Notes under the pieces: model-generated | The model's database searches: none | What the model was told of the DNA's origin: nothing | The model's input: the letters and a program-made list of their open reading frames with translations, nothing else | Assembly (NCBI GenBank): GCA_000388065.2 | Contig: KB932208.1 | Strand: one strand, 5' to 3' | Source of the DNA: Fonticula alba ATCC 38817 | Lineage: Eukaryota; Protista; Nucleariida | DNA: 64,000 bases | Position numbers and translations under genes: made by a program | Part shown: positions 46,363 to 58,916 of the stretch, in pieces | How the letters are laid out: each line of letters begins with the position of its first letter | Position numbering within the stretch: the stretch's first letter is position 1

Positions 46363-46763
46363 GGGAGCCAGGGGTGGGGCCTGCATCCCGAGCAGCGGCA
46401 TGGGAGGGTGCAAGAAGCCAGGGATGAAGAGAGGCAAGCGAATGGGAAGGAGCAAGGGACACCGGAGGCGCGGGGAGAGGGGAAAATAGAATGGGACCCG
46501 TGTCATCCCTCTGGTGGAGAACGCATCACCCACGACGAGGGGGGCGAGGTTTATATAAATATGGTACAAGGGGGGGGGGGGGAAGCAACGAGATCCCTCA
46601 CGCCGATCGGGCGCACGCATGCGTGTCGGGAGGGTCCCTGCAGCGCGCGCGCGCGCGCGCGGTGCGTCTGTATATGCGTGTGTGTGTGTGTGTGTGTGTG
46701 TGGGCGTGTGTGCAGGGGTGTGGGGGGGGTGAAGAACCCGGAGTCAAGAATTGGCAGCTGGGT

Positions 46764-49298
46764 CTAGAGGGCGCGCCGTCTTGGCGACCCACTGGACAGG
46801 GCCTGCTGCAGGAGACGCGAGCGGGTGGCGGACCCAGTGGAGGAGGGGCTGCCCGGGGCAAGGGGGGTGGCCTGGCCACCATCCGATCGAACACTGCCAA
46901 TCGTGAGGAAGGAGGCTGGCCGTGGGGCAGGAGAGCGAATCGGTGCCGAGGCCTGCGTGGACACCGGAGCCGAGGCCGGCAGGGGGTCGGCGAGTGACAT
47001 GCTGCTGGCCGCTGCCACAGGTCCCGAGCCCAGCATGGGAGAGATGGATGCCGAGGATGCGGAGGCGGGGGCGGAGGCGGAGGCGGAGGCGGGACGCTCC
47101 GCACCAGGACGTAGACTCGCCCCCGAGGTCGCTGACGACAGGAAGAATGGCGGGTCCGGGGCCGGGGCCGGGGCCGGGGCCGGGGCCGCCGGGGCGGGGG
47201 CCGTGTGCGGGCGAGCCGGGCCGGCGGCCGGGGCACCGCCATCGCCGGGGACAATTGTCCCGACACTTTGAAGAAGCTGACGCACGCGCGGACTGCGGAT
47301 GGCCACATCCGCCAGGTCTCCGGCCCCGGGGGGGCCCGATGCAAGGCGCCGCGCGCCGATCAACACCGCGCGCCCGGCCACAGGGGTGGACCCGCCCCCG
47401 GGCGGGCCCCCCGGAGCCGAACGCGGGCGCTGGACCGAGCGTGCCTGGAGCCGTGACCGCAAGGCGGCCAGGTCGCTGAAGGACCCGCGAGAACTCAAGT
47501 GACGCTTGGGAAGATGTTGGAAGGGATCGACCGGGGCTGCATTGCCGAGGCCCGTGGCGGCCCCATCCGCGCGCGAGACCGGTCGCGAATGGGCCCCCAG
47601 ATGCCAGTGATTGGCGGCCAACGACGCGAGCGACGCATTTCCATTCGACGCCGCGGTACCCAAGGCGGGCGAGGTACTTGGCCGGGAGGGGGGCCATCTG
47701 GCGCTGGAGGCGCCGACCGGCGCCGGGTGGGCGGTCCACGGACGGCGATCAGGCTGAGTGTCATGATTCCCCATGGCAGCACTTGCCTCCACGGCATGGG
47801 CCGATGCGTTGGAGGAAGACATCGACCAGTGAGCGGCCCCGGTGGAGGGGGAGCCCACCGGGGGCGAGGGTTCATCGGGCAGTGCAAAGTCCAACTCGAA
47901 GACATCATGCTCGAGGGGGATGGTCGAGATGTCGGCCAAGGCGGGAGCAGGATCGGCCGGGGCCGGGGGTGGTGTCGCCTCGCGGACCGAAGGCGGGGAG
48001 GCCGGCGCAATCAGGGACGAAAGGGTCCGATGGCCGTCGGTGGACAGCGGACGCGTGGCGGGGGCCATCGGGCGGGAGGCCGCGAGGGGGTCCAGCGGCT
48101 GGGCAAGCCGGCTCGATGTGGTTGTCGGCTGCAGGGCGGTCGGTCAAAGGGGAACGGAAGATGAAGGTCAGCGGGGTCTCACGACCGGGGGGGGGGGGGG
48201 GGGATGAAAAGGCACACGCACGAGAGGCATCCCCTCGTCGGATGCGGAGCCGAGGCCCAGCAGGCTGGAGGACAAGCCCGTCCGATCGGAGGAGCCATTC
48301 ACACGGGCCACCCCGTCCACGGGGGTGGGCACATGCCGGCGGGCTTCGGTGTGTGGCATCTGAGCAGCATGCAAAATGGCGGGGGAGCTGGCCCCAGCGC
48401 CCGGGCCAGCTGGCGGGGGAGAGGCCGCTGGCGCCGGAGCACTCGAAAGCCGGGCTGGCGACCGGGAGGAGGCATCTCGCAAGGCGGGAGGCTCCTCGGC
48501 TGCGGCTGTCCGAAGGGGGTGTGCAAAAGTGTCCCACGAGGGGGGCAGCGCATCATCCTCGGAGGGGGGCCCATCGAACGAGACAACATCCGACTCCGGG
48601 CTGGCGGCGGCGAGATCCACGACACCCGGGGCGGGCTTTGGCCACAGAGGATGCAAATTGCCCGGCGACGAGGGGAGCTGATGATAGATGGGGTCTGGTG
48701 CGGGGTGGGTGGCCGGGGCATCGCCGACGCCGGCGGGCCGCCCGACCGGCCGATGACGAGGGTGCTCGGCCACCGACCCGATCGGCAGCTCGGCCTTGGG
48801 GACGGCGACCGCCGCTCGAGTGGGCATCGGGCGCGGGCGCTTCCGCCGCGGCTCGCGGACCCCCAAATGCCGGCTCAACTGCGTGGCATTCAGCCCCGAA
48901 GCGCCGAACCATTCGACGAGCAGCTGCTCCTGACTCGGGCCCGAGAGGTCCAGCGGGTCGTCCTCCCCGGCGGCACCGGTCCCGGCATTGAACAGCGGGG
49001 AGGGAAGGGGATTTGGCTCGCTCGCCGGGGCAGCGCGCTCCGAGGGGCCCTGCTGATCGGGACCTGGCCGCCGGGCCGTGGCCCCGGCGTCAAAGGTGGT
49101 GTCAGCCACGAAGGACGTGATGCTCAGGGGATTCCCCTCGCCGAGGTAGAAATCCGCCTCGGGATCCGGTCGAAGATCCAGCAAAGGGTCCCGCTGGCGC
49201 CTTGCCCTCTGGCCGGGGGACATGCCCCAAGGCGGGGTGTCCGGCGGCCCGGGCAGGGCATAGTACGACCGGAGATTGGACTGCGGGCTCTCCGACAT
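46764..49298 (-). CDS. Hypothetical Pro/Ala/Ser-rich protein, ~813 aa; exons 49298-48222, 48128-46764
   Basis: Two long ORFs join in phase 0 through a GTGCGT donor (48221) and a CAG acceptor. No recognisable domain. Confidence 0.6.
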
Positions 49299-49886
49299 AT
49301 GGAGACCAAGGCCACTTCGAACCGGGGCGGGGCAGGGCACAGACAAGAGATGCGGATTGCTGGGAAGGAGGGGCAAGGTGCGAGGGGGAGAGGGGAGGGG
49401 GGCTGATCAGGATCCACCTCCGGAAGAGGACCAGATCCGGTATTGATGAATGCCCGGCCGCATGCAAAAAGGCGCACCGCGGCCACCCACGCATGCCAGA
49501 CACACATGCCGGTTGTACGGGCATCGGCACGGCCAGGCTGGCCGGTGTTTCTGCCGGCCCGTTGCCGGGGCGCCCGGGCCGAAAAATAAAAAAGCACCGG
49601 AGGAGGGGCCGATTCAAAAAAAACGGCATGTCACGTGCCTTTGGAGCATTGTGGGTTACTCGGGACCCGCCAGTTCCGCCGATCGCTTCCCCCACCCGGC
49701 GCCATCCTGGCGGGGGAGTGGGGAGGTGATCTGTCCGCCGGACGGGGCGAGGCACTTGTGATGTGTCAAGCGTCGGCATGGTGGACCCTGGCTCATCGGA
49801 GGCCATGGTTTAATGCCTTCCTGGAAGCACGCTTTGCCCTTCTTCTCTGCCTCACCCTTCCGGCCTTGTCTCCCCCCTCCCCCATC

Positions 49887-49942
<56 letters not shown>

Positions 49943-50003
49943 CGCGCACGCACACGGACAATACATCCTGCCTCTCGGCCATCGGGCTGCCGACTCCGTT
50001 GAC

Positions 50004-52529
50004 ATGTTGCCTACACAACGTTGGACCCCGAGCCGGGCCTTGTCCCGGGCATCTCGAAGAAGTGTCCTACTGCGCATGTTTCTCCGGGGCTTGGCATTGT
50101 GTCCGCTGCTCGGGCTCGTGTGGCTGGCTTGTCGAAACCGACTCCCGGAGTGGGAGCCTCCCGCCACCACGGCGCCCCTGGTGGCCGAGCCCTCGCCGGC
50201 CGGCCCAACACCCGGCACCTATGCCCGGCCGCTCGGCCTGTGCACTGTCATCCGCAATGAGGCTGCCAACATCGACGATTGGATTCGACATTCGCTTGAG
50301 GTGCTCCAAGCCGGGCTGGCGCCCGACACGCCGGCCATCGTGCTGTTGGATGACCATTCCTCCGATGACATCGAGAGGGTGCTCGGCCTCTGGGAGGCCC
50401 AGGCCCCGGGATTGCTCCGGCGCCTCCCCCTGACGAGCGAAGCCGCGCTCTTGGGAGCTGTCCGGCCCGAGGAGCAGGCCGCACTACGGCCCCTGCTACG
50501 GCCACTGCTTGAGGGATGCCCGCCTGTCGAGGACGCCCGGCCGGCGGAAGGCCGCGCATGCCAGGTGGCGGCGCAGGATTTTTGCCTCGAGGCCTCGCGC
50601 ACGGTGTGGCGCTGGCAGTGGGTGGGGCTGATCGATGTGGATGAGTTCAGTGCGTGAAGATGATCATCCCAAGGAGTGCATGCTGCTGCGAGGTGCATGA
50701 GGACCACCGCCTGGGCGACTTACCGCTGGCCGCCGGCACACCCCCCGGCCGAAGTTGTGTTCGACCAGGAAACTCCCCGGGCCTCGCTCTGGGGCCTTCT
50801 CGAGGGGATTGTCGACCGGGCGATGGGCGCCTCCTCGGCGCCGGATCTGGCGGTGGCCTTGGCCTGGAAATCGGCCGGCGGGGCCGGATGGCTGGACCGC
50901 CAAACGCATGGCCTTTCCCGGTTCACCGCGCGCCATGCCGACCCCTGGGAGCTCGATGCCCGGGCGCGCCGGGTGCGGGCTTCGAGCCACGCCGACTCCA
51001 GTCGCCTCGGGGAACTTGGCTACCATCCGCAGGTGGCCGGCGAGCTGTTCAAGCTGAAGTCCTTTGTCCGGTGGGCCGGGGCCGGGGCCGGGGCCGGGAC
51101 CGCCATCCATGCTGGCCGCTGTGGCGGACATATCCTCAAGGGTCCCACCATTTTGACGGACGGCCAGCCGCTTCGATCATGCGGGTATGTGCCTGGCCCG
51201 ATTGTGGCCACGCGTGGCAGGTGCCCCGGCCGGTGGCAATGTGTCCACTGACCGGTCAACGGACTCGCCCCTTCTATCCCCCCTCGCCTTACCGCTCTCT
51301 GTCTCTCGCTCTCGCTCTCTCTCTCTCTCTCGGCCGACATTCGGCGCCATCGGCTGGCGGATGGGCGGACAGCCATCCGGAAAGGGACCCGGAACACTGC
51401 CTGATCGAGGGCTGCGGCGTCCGGGCCCCGATGGCGCTCGACGCCGGCCCCGGGACCAGCCTGCGCCTGGTCCATCTCCGGACGCGGTCCTTGGCGGATT
51501 TCGAGGAGAAGTCCCTCCGGCCAGTGGTGCAAGGCTTCGCCGGGCGCAAGGCGCGACACCTGGCCGCCACGGCCCGGCTCCTGCACCCCTCGAGCGAGGG
51601 CCCCCCCCGAAACGTCACCCCGGATGAAGTGCCCCAAGTCAGCTTCGATATTTGGCGCCTGTTGGGCTCCGGCCCGGTGGTGGATCTCCAATTGCTGGCC
51701 ATGGGCATGGCGGTGGCCAACACTGGCCACACACCCGGGCGCGTGACTGTGGTCGGCGGCGACCCCTTGGCCCGGTTCGTGGCCCAATGGCTCCTCCACC
51801 ACTCGGGCTGGCCGATGCCCGGGGCACAGGAGGCGATCCACAAGCATCGACAGGCCTGTCGCATGGAGGCCTTTGCCGGGCTATGGTACGCTGACGCCCG
51901 GACGCCCCCGCCATGGCCCCATAACCGATGCTGACCCCCCGGGGGGCCAAATCTGAAGCTCGCCATTGCGCTATCCCTCCTCGGTGTGGCCGGCCGGACC
52001 GGAGACCCTGCTGCCATGTCCCTCGGAGGCCAGCCTCCAGGCATGGCTCCAAGAAGAGGGCCATGATGTGGTGCTCGTCCATCCCTTTTCGCGAAGCACC
52101 CTCAAGCACTCCATGGCACTTGGCAGCTTGGAACACACTCACCGCCTGAGTGGCCGGCCACTGGACGCCCTCGCGCACTTGGCCTGGGGCCGGTGCACAT
52201 TAGACTGGCTTGGCCGGGTGGCGGACCGGCGTCTCGTGTGGTGGGACATCGAGCCCCTTGTGCAAGGCCTGCGGCGAGATGACGCCCCCGCCTCCAGGGC
52301 CAGGATGGTCCTGCAGGCCGTGCGGCATTTGTCCTCACAGCTGGGCCCAAGCCACCATCTCCACTTGCACATTGACGCGCAAGTGGCCGGCGACATCTTG
52401 CGCCAGACACTGCTCCAGGCGCCCCAACTGGAGGAAGGGATCTTGGCCGAGCGGTCACCCTTTGTCGCGGATGCCATGCACTTGGCTGAGGCCATCTTCG
52501 CCATGCTGGACGAGCTGACCGATGGCTGA
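50004..52529 (+). CDS. Type II membrane GT-A glycosyltransferase, GT92/Glyco_tranf_2_4-like, ~719 aa; exons 50004-50649, 50755-51184, 51373-51885, 51959-52529
   Basis: N-terminal hydrophobic anchor, LGLCTVIRNEAANIDDWIRH, LLDDHSSD, WVGLIDVDEF (DxD) and a downstream HLRTRS motif. Exons sum to 2,160 nt. Exon 4 is less certain. Confidence 0.72.
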
Positions 52530-52746
52530 GGAGGCAGCACCGGAATTGCACGAAAAACAGCCACTCGAACACCCTGCTCCCGGGCATCGTGGAAGCGCCA
52601 GAGGGGGATGGGCGAAGGAGACGAGGAGCCGGGAAGGCGGAAAAGGGGGGGAAGAGGGAGGGAGGGGGGGGGGAGGATGCGAGGGGGGACTCAAAGGAAA
52701 AAGGGGCGAAGGCAGTGCGGGCCCTTGCACATCTATATTTTTTCGA

Positions 52747-54298
52747 CTATCGACGGAAAGCCATTGCAAAGGAGGAGATCTCGCAGCCATCCAGGCGCCC
52801 GCGAAGATGGTCGGCCGAAACACGAAGCTGGCTGGCCCGATCGTCAGCCGGCCCCCCATGCCCGGGCACATCGGCCAAAAGGGTGGCGGCCTCGCGGCCA
52901 TCAACCACCGAGCCCAGCGCATCATAGGCCATTCCGTAGTCCGGCGAGCCGGCTGCCGCACGGAGCAACGCCTCCGGCAGTTCTCCAAGTGGAGTGGATC
53001 TGAAGAGCAGAGGGCAGACGGGGCGAGGAGGGGGGGGGGCGAAACAATGAGAAAATTAGCCGGCGGCAGGGGGGGGGGGGGAAGGCCGGGTCCGCAGGGG
53101 CAGTGACACGCACGAGGAGAGTGACGAAAAGATGTTCAGACGGCCGGACAGAAGCGAGCGAGTGCACTCGCCCTCGGCGCCAAAGACATCACGCAACACC
53201 GCCGACACCCGGGCATCTGATGGGTCCCGGAGGAGGGGCTCCAGGCGCTCGCGCGAGGCCACCTGCGCCGGAGCCAGTAACGAGGCCGCCATCGACCCAC
53301 GAACCAGGTCGGCTGCACGCACACGAGAATCCGACTTCAAGATGGGCCGGCGAGCACGAGCCGAAGCAGGCGTCGGGGCTGCTGCAGGGGGGGGCGAGGC
53401 CACCGCCGACGCCGGGGCCATCGTGCCCATGGGAGTGGAGGACTGCCGCCAGGCGGGCCCCTCTGAAAGTGACACACGGCCGGCCGGCACCCCGGGCAGG
53501 GAGCCCGGCCGCCGCGCCGGGGGCAATGGCTCGACCGAAGAAAGGGACATCGAAGGAGGGACCGAGGTGGAGGCTGGCGGCTTGTCAACTGGCTCCCGCC
53601 GGGACGATGACCAGGAGGCCGTTGAGGAGGGGGAAACGGGGGACCCTGTTACGGTCGAGTCCATCGACAAGTCGATGGTGGTCAAATGGGCAACGGCACC
53701 GGAGGTCGGAATGGGGGCACCGGCCGGGGCAGCAAGTCCTGGCGCGGGCGATCCCGCAGAGCGAGGCACCTCCGGGGGGGGGACGCAAGCCGGCGGTGCT
53801 GTGGCCACGGTCGAGACGGGCTCGGCCCGGTGGAGGCGCTGCAGGCGCGAACTGAAGAGGCTCCCACGACTGAGTCCCGAAGACAGCAGCGGCTGCGGCT
53901 CGGCAATCGCAGTAGCCGCCACGCGTGCCTCGCCCAGGGAAACGGGACGCGGCCCGGCAGGCGGCCCGGGGCGTGGCTCGGGCTCGGACGGCGGCATCCG
54001 GCGCTTGGCGGGGGGCTCATTCAGGCTTTGGCTGGCGGGGGCCCCGAAGCTGGGCCGACTCCGACGGAGGGAGAATGCCGGACCCATCGCGGCCGGTGCC
54101 TCCTCCGGGCCGGCAGACACGTCATCCGGCGCGCGCAGATCGCGCGAAATCTCGGGCGCCCGGTCATTGGTCGGGTGGAGAAGTCGATTGGCGAAGGGGC
54201 GGAATTGCTGTCGGGGGGGGGGGGGGGGGGNNNNNNNNNNNNNNNNNNNNNNNNNNNNNNNNNNNNNNNNNNNNNNNNNNNNNNNNNNNNNNNNNNNN

Positions 54299-54335
<37 letters not shown>

Positions 54336-56812
54336 TGGAAGGAGGGGGGGAGAGAAGGAGGGGGGGAGGGGGCGAGGCAGGACCGAGGGCAGAGGGCGGA
54401 CCCATGCGTGAGCCGATGTGCGAAAGGAAACACCATGGCCCGGGGGGGGGGGACGGCGGGGGCAACGCGACAGTGGCCGAAGGTGAGATCGAGAAAGGGA
54501 GGCACAGGAAGAAAGAAGCAACCGAGGCCACAGGCCACACCCGGCAACACGTACGGCCAGATCCACGGAAAAAAGGCACAGACGCGAGGTGGAGGAGGAA
54601 ACCAGATGATCGCGGTCGTCAATTGGCCCAGGGGCCCGGTCGACCACGGCGGCCAGCGAATACTCGGTGCCGAAGAAGGAAGCCATGTCGAAGAGGGTAG
54701 CCCCGGGCAGCGAGGCGCCGGGCCCGGACGAATGCACCGAAGCAACGGACTGGCCAAGCGTCAGCTGGCCCTCAGCCGGAGCCAGATGCCCGTAAGCTGA
54801 TGCCACACGAACTGGGCCCCGAAGCCAGGGGTCTTCCGCCAGATCGCACGGGGTATACGGATTCCAGGAGATGACCTCCAGCGCGTCGGCCGTGGCCACC
54901 AGGGCCGCGCGCCCGGCACACGGAATGAAACATGCCTGTGCGGTGATTTCTTCCAGGCCGCTGAGATGCGACTGGCTCAGGGAGGCGGCTCGGGCGGCGG
55001 TCACCGGGCCACCTCGGCCCGCGGGCAGGACCGACCCGGAGAGGAGACCCGGCCGGCCGGCATGCTGGCCGGTTTCCAAATTCCAAAAAACCATTCGGCC
55101 GAAACTGTGCGTGGCCGAGACGAGTCGCTCAAGCGGGTGGATGGAAAGGTTGCGCACGGGACCGAAGTCCGCCGCTGCCGCCAGCGTATTCATCAACACC
55201 GGTGCCGATGGCATGGACAGATCATAAATCTACACCAGAGGAAGTTGACAGGTGACCAAGAAGACGGGCGGGAGGCGGGGGGGGNNNNNNNNNNNNNNNN
55301 NNNNNNNNNNNNNNNNNNNNNNNNNNNNNNNNNNNNNNNNNNNNNNNNNNNNNNNNNNNNNNNNNNNNNNNNNNNNNNNNNNNNNNNNNNNNNNNNNNNN
55401 NNNNNNNNNNNNNNNNNNNNNNNNNNNNNNNNNNNNNNNNNNNNNNNNNNNNNNNNNNNNNNNNNNNNNNNNNNNNNNNNNNNNNNNNNNNNNNNNNNNN
55501 NNNNNNNNNNNNNNNNNNNNNNNNNNNNNNNNNNNNNNNNNNNNNNNNNNNNNNNNNNNNNNNNNNNNNNNNNNNNNNNNNNNNNNNNNNNNNNNNNNNN
55601 NNNNNNNNNNNNNNNNNNNNNNNNNNNNNNNNNNNNNNNNNNNNNNNNNNNNNNNNNNNNNNNNNNNNNNNNNNNNNGGGGGCGGCGAAAGACGGGGAGA
55701 CCCCGTGGGCAAGGCGGGGAAGTACCTGGACAGAGCCATCCGTCAGACCGAGGACGATCCAGCGCCCGTCGGGGGTCCATTCGGCCGCGGTGATCGGCGA
55801 CTGGAGCCCCGGTAATCCATGGGACCCGGCCCGGTGGGCAGGTCCACGACCACCGGCCAGGGGCAGGGTGAAGACATTTCGATTTTGGCGGATATCCCAA
55901 ACACACAGTTGCGTGGAACTTTGAGCCACATCGAGGAAGGCCGAGTGGAGGGAAAGAAACAGGTCGTCACTCGGGTGATAGCGGAGGGCATCGCAGCCGG
56001 TTGGCCTGCGATCAAGCGGGCAAAGCGGACTCTGGAAGGTGCGAACAACTGGGGGCAGGGGGGAGGGGCGTCAGGCTTCCGGCAGAGCGATGGGGCGGAT
56101 AAAGTGGAAGGCCATCGAGGCATAACACACCACCCTCAGACTCCAGGTCCCAAACGCGGATCTCGCCCTGGCGTGCGGTGTCTGAAGGGCTTCCGCCGGC
56201 GGCGACACCAGTCAGAAGGACGTCCTCCCCCTGGGGGTCAAGGTCCAGGGCCTTCACCGGGTACGGGGACTGATGTGCGGTGAAGGACTGCATTTGGAGG
56301 GCACTTGTAAGACGGATGCAGGGGGGTGGGGNNNNNNNNNNGGGGGGGGGCATGCGAGGGAAACATTGTGCCGGATGGCGTGGGAGAGGCCAAGGACAAA
56401 AGAGAGGCGAGGAAGAGGGAGAGAGCGAGAGAGGAACAGGGGCAAGGGTGCGAATAACATAAAGGCACATACCTTGATGCACTTTCCCTTGGACACGTCC
56501 CAAAGAGAGACAATGCCCCCATCGTGCCCAGTGGCGAGGATGCTGCCCGATCGCCGGCCAAAACGCGCGGCGAAGACATCAGCGCAGGGGATGGCATCTA
56601 TCCATGAGTGCAAGTGGGCGTCAGCAGGGGCAGAGTATGTGGCAGGTGGAGGAGAGACAGGGGAGGCAAAAAACAAGGAAGGCAAAAGGGCGTAACGAAT
56701 CATGAGCGAGCAAGAGAGAGAGAGAGCGGGAGAGAGAGAGTCACGAACGGAGTTGTTGAATTCGGTCACCCCGGGCGGTGGGAGGTAGAGAGCCAGACAG
56801 CGAGCCGTTCAT
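52747..56812 (-). CDS. KATNB1: Katanin p80 WD40 subunit homolog, multi-exon, with one intron spanning the 55285-55677 gap
   Basis: WD repeats in KATNB1 order: RSGSILATGHDGGIVSLWD..CIKSFTAHQSP, GEIRVWDLE, WTPDGRWIVLGLTDGSVQ and GPVRNLSIHPLERLV..FWNLETG. These are followed by a long Pro/Ser linker. Confidence 0.78.
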
Positions 56813-57583
56813 GGAGGGATCCCAATCAATGGCATGCCTCGTGCGACTGGCCAGGGCGAGGGACGGGAAACGAGTGGGCGAGAGGGTGCAGAGCAGGTCT
56901 CGGCAATGGCCTGGGGGGAGGGGGCGAGAACCACAAAAGGATGGTGAGGGAGAGGGGGAAGGTCAAAAGGGAAGAGCGGGGGTGGGGGAGGGATATGCGG
57001 GGCAACTGCGCTATGCCGGCACCCTGGTACCTCTCCTGCCCGTAGATGGGACGAGGAAAGAGATGAGGGGGGGGACGGGCGGGCGGGCGGGCGGGCGGGC
57101 TGACGGGGAAAGACACTGGGCCGCCGGCCCCCGCCGGGGCCCCACCCAGGATGCCAGGGAAGATCGATCGGCGCCAATTTTGAAAAAAATACCGCCATCC
57201 CCAGTGGTCGACGCGGAGACGTAACGGCATCCCCTGGGGGCCACTCCGGGTACCGCCGGATGGGCTGCTGTGGGGCCCTGCAGGGCGCACCATGCATATC
57301 TCGCGTGCCCCGGGCACGCCGCCCGTCGGCAGCCCATCCCGCCAGCTAGTCCCACGCAGGCTTTCTGCCGGCTGCCCACCCCCCCCCCCCCCCCCCCGGT
57401 CGAGGGGGCTTTTTATTTCCTAGGACATCAGACACCTGGCGGGCCTGCGATGGTGGGGAGGGCAGGCAACCCGATCAAAAACAAAAGGCCCGCCTCCGCG
57501 CCCTGCCGACGGGTTGCGGATCACCTTCCACACTTCATCCCCGTACACTCGCCCCTTTGTGATTGACTTGGCGATCGCGTGCA
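56813..57583. promoter_or_regulatory. Probable bidirectional promoter, katanin p80/dynactin p27 (771 bp)
   Basis: Head-to-head start codons. Inferred from arrangement only. Confidence 0.5.
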
Positions 57584-58916
57584 ATGGCATCGCCTCCATC
57601 ATCCCCCCCGCAGGTGGCCCAGGGCTCGGCCTCCTCGGCGACAACCCCCTCCAATCGGAACCTCCTGTCCAACTTCGAGCTGCCGACCATCATCTGCAAT
57701 GGCGCGGTCATCCTCGGCAACGTCACCTACGGTGCGTCTCGACGGCAGCCAAAAGCCAGTCCTCCCTTCCGCGCGCCTCCCCCCCCCCCCCGTGCCTATG
57801 GGCGTCAATCATCTCACCTTGTCCTTGTGCCACCCTGTCTCCCCAGGCCCGGGGAATGTCTTCCACCCGCAGTGCGTGATCGATGGCCGCCTGGCGCCGA
57901 TTACCATTGGCAAGGGGAATGTATTCGAGGAGATGTGCCACATTGTCAGCCGGTACGCACGGCCCACAGGCCGGGATGTTCCTTCCGCCTTCTGGACATC
58001 TCATCTGTCAGCCCTGACACACACACACACACACACACACATGCATGCACATGCATGCACGCATGCATGCACACATCGATTGCCGATAGAGAGGCCACAC
58101 CCTTGGCTATCGGGTCCGGGAACTACTTCTCCGTCCACTCCAGTGCGCATGCTCCTGCCCCTTCGGTTTCCCTTTTCACGCTTTCGCCAGCGGGGTGGAG
58201 CGACACAATGAGAAGGGCCTTCCAGCGCTCGCATTGAGGTCCGGTACTGACAGCCGCCCTCGCCCCCGGCAGAGGTCGATGGTGTGAAGTCCATCGGCAA
58301 CTGGAACATCGTGTCGATCAAGGGTATGCTTCGCCGGCTCTTGCGGACTGGCTTGCCTTCCCTCCCCCCCCCCCTCTTCGCCGCCCGGCTTACTGACTCG
58401 CCGATCTCCCTGGTGCAACACAGGCCGTTTGGTGAATGTCGAGCGCCTGCCGAGCGACTGCTTTGTCGGCATCGATGTCGATCTTGCTCGGCTTCCTCCC
58501 TGCCAGGTCGCCCCATCAACCAGCTTCTTTTCTATCTCCCCGCCGGACTCCGGAACAAGCGACACGGATGACCGGACGCAGGTCCGCACCGTCAAGCTTC
58601 ACCCTGACATCACCACGGTGCGCTCAGAGAAGTGGAAAATGGCGCCCCTCGCATGCCTCTCCCGCCCGGGCCGGGGACGGGCGAGGCCCTTGCCACCGTG
58701 ACTAACCCCCCCATCTCGCCCCTCCTTTGCCATCCCGAGGAACAGGTGAACCGTCGGGAAAATGCCGCCCGTGTGACTTACCTCCAGACGGTTCTTCCAC
58801 GGAGCCACCGGCTGAATCACCCGGTGGCACAGAGCCCGCCCGTAAAGGCGCCAGAGCCGGCTGCCGGGGGACCGCCTGGATCCTCGTCTCCGCGGTCGCC
58901 CCCGGCGCAACAGTGA
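57584..58916 (+). CDS. DCTN6: Dynactin subunit p27; exons 57584-57731, 57847-57952, 58090-58142, 58273-58323, 58424-58617, 58746-58916
   Basis: Left-handed beta-helix hexapeptides IICNGAVILGNVTYGPGNVFHPQCVI..PITIGKGNVFEE..LAIGSGNYF..SIGNWNIV, and C-terminal YLQTVLPRSHRL resembling p27. Confidence 0.82.

Noticed and set aside
50641-50660. TGA right after the DxD motif (DVDEFSA*), suggesting readthrough, selenocysteine or a pseudogene
   Set aside because: The TGA lies inside a GTGCGT-initiated intron (50650-50754). Splicing restores DVDEFIVFD.
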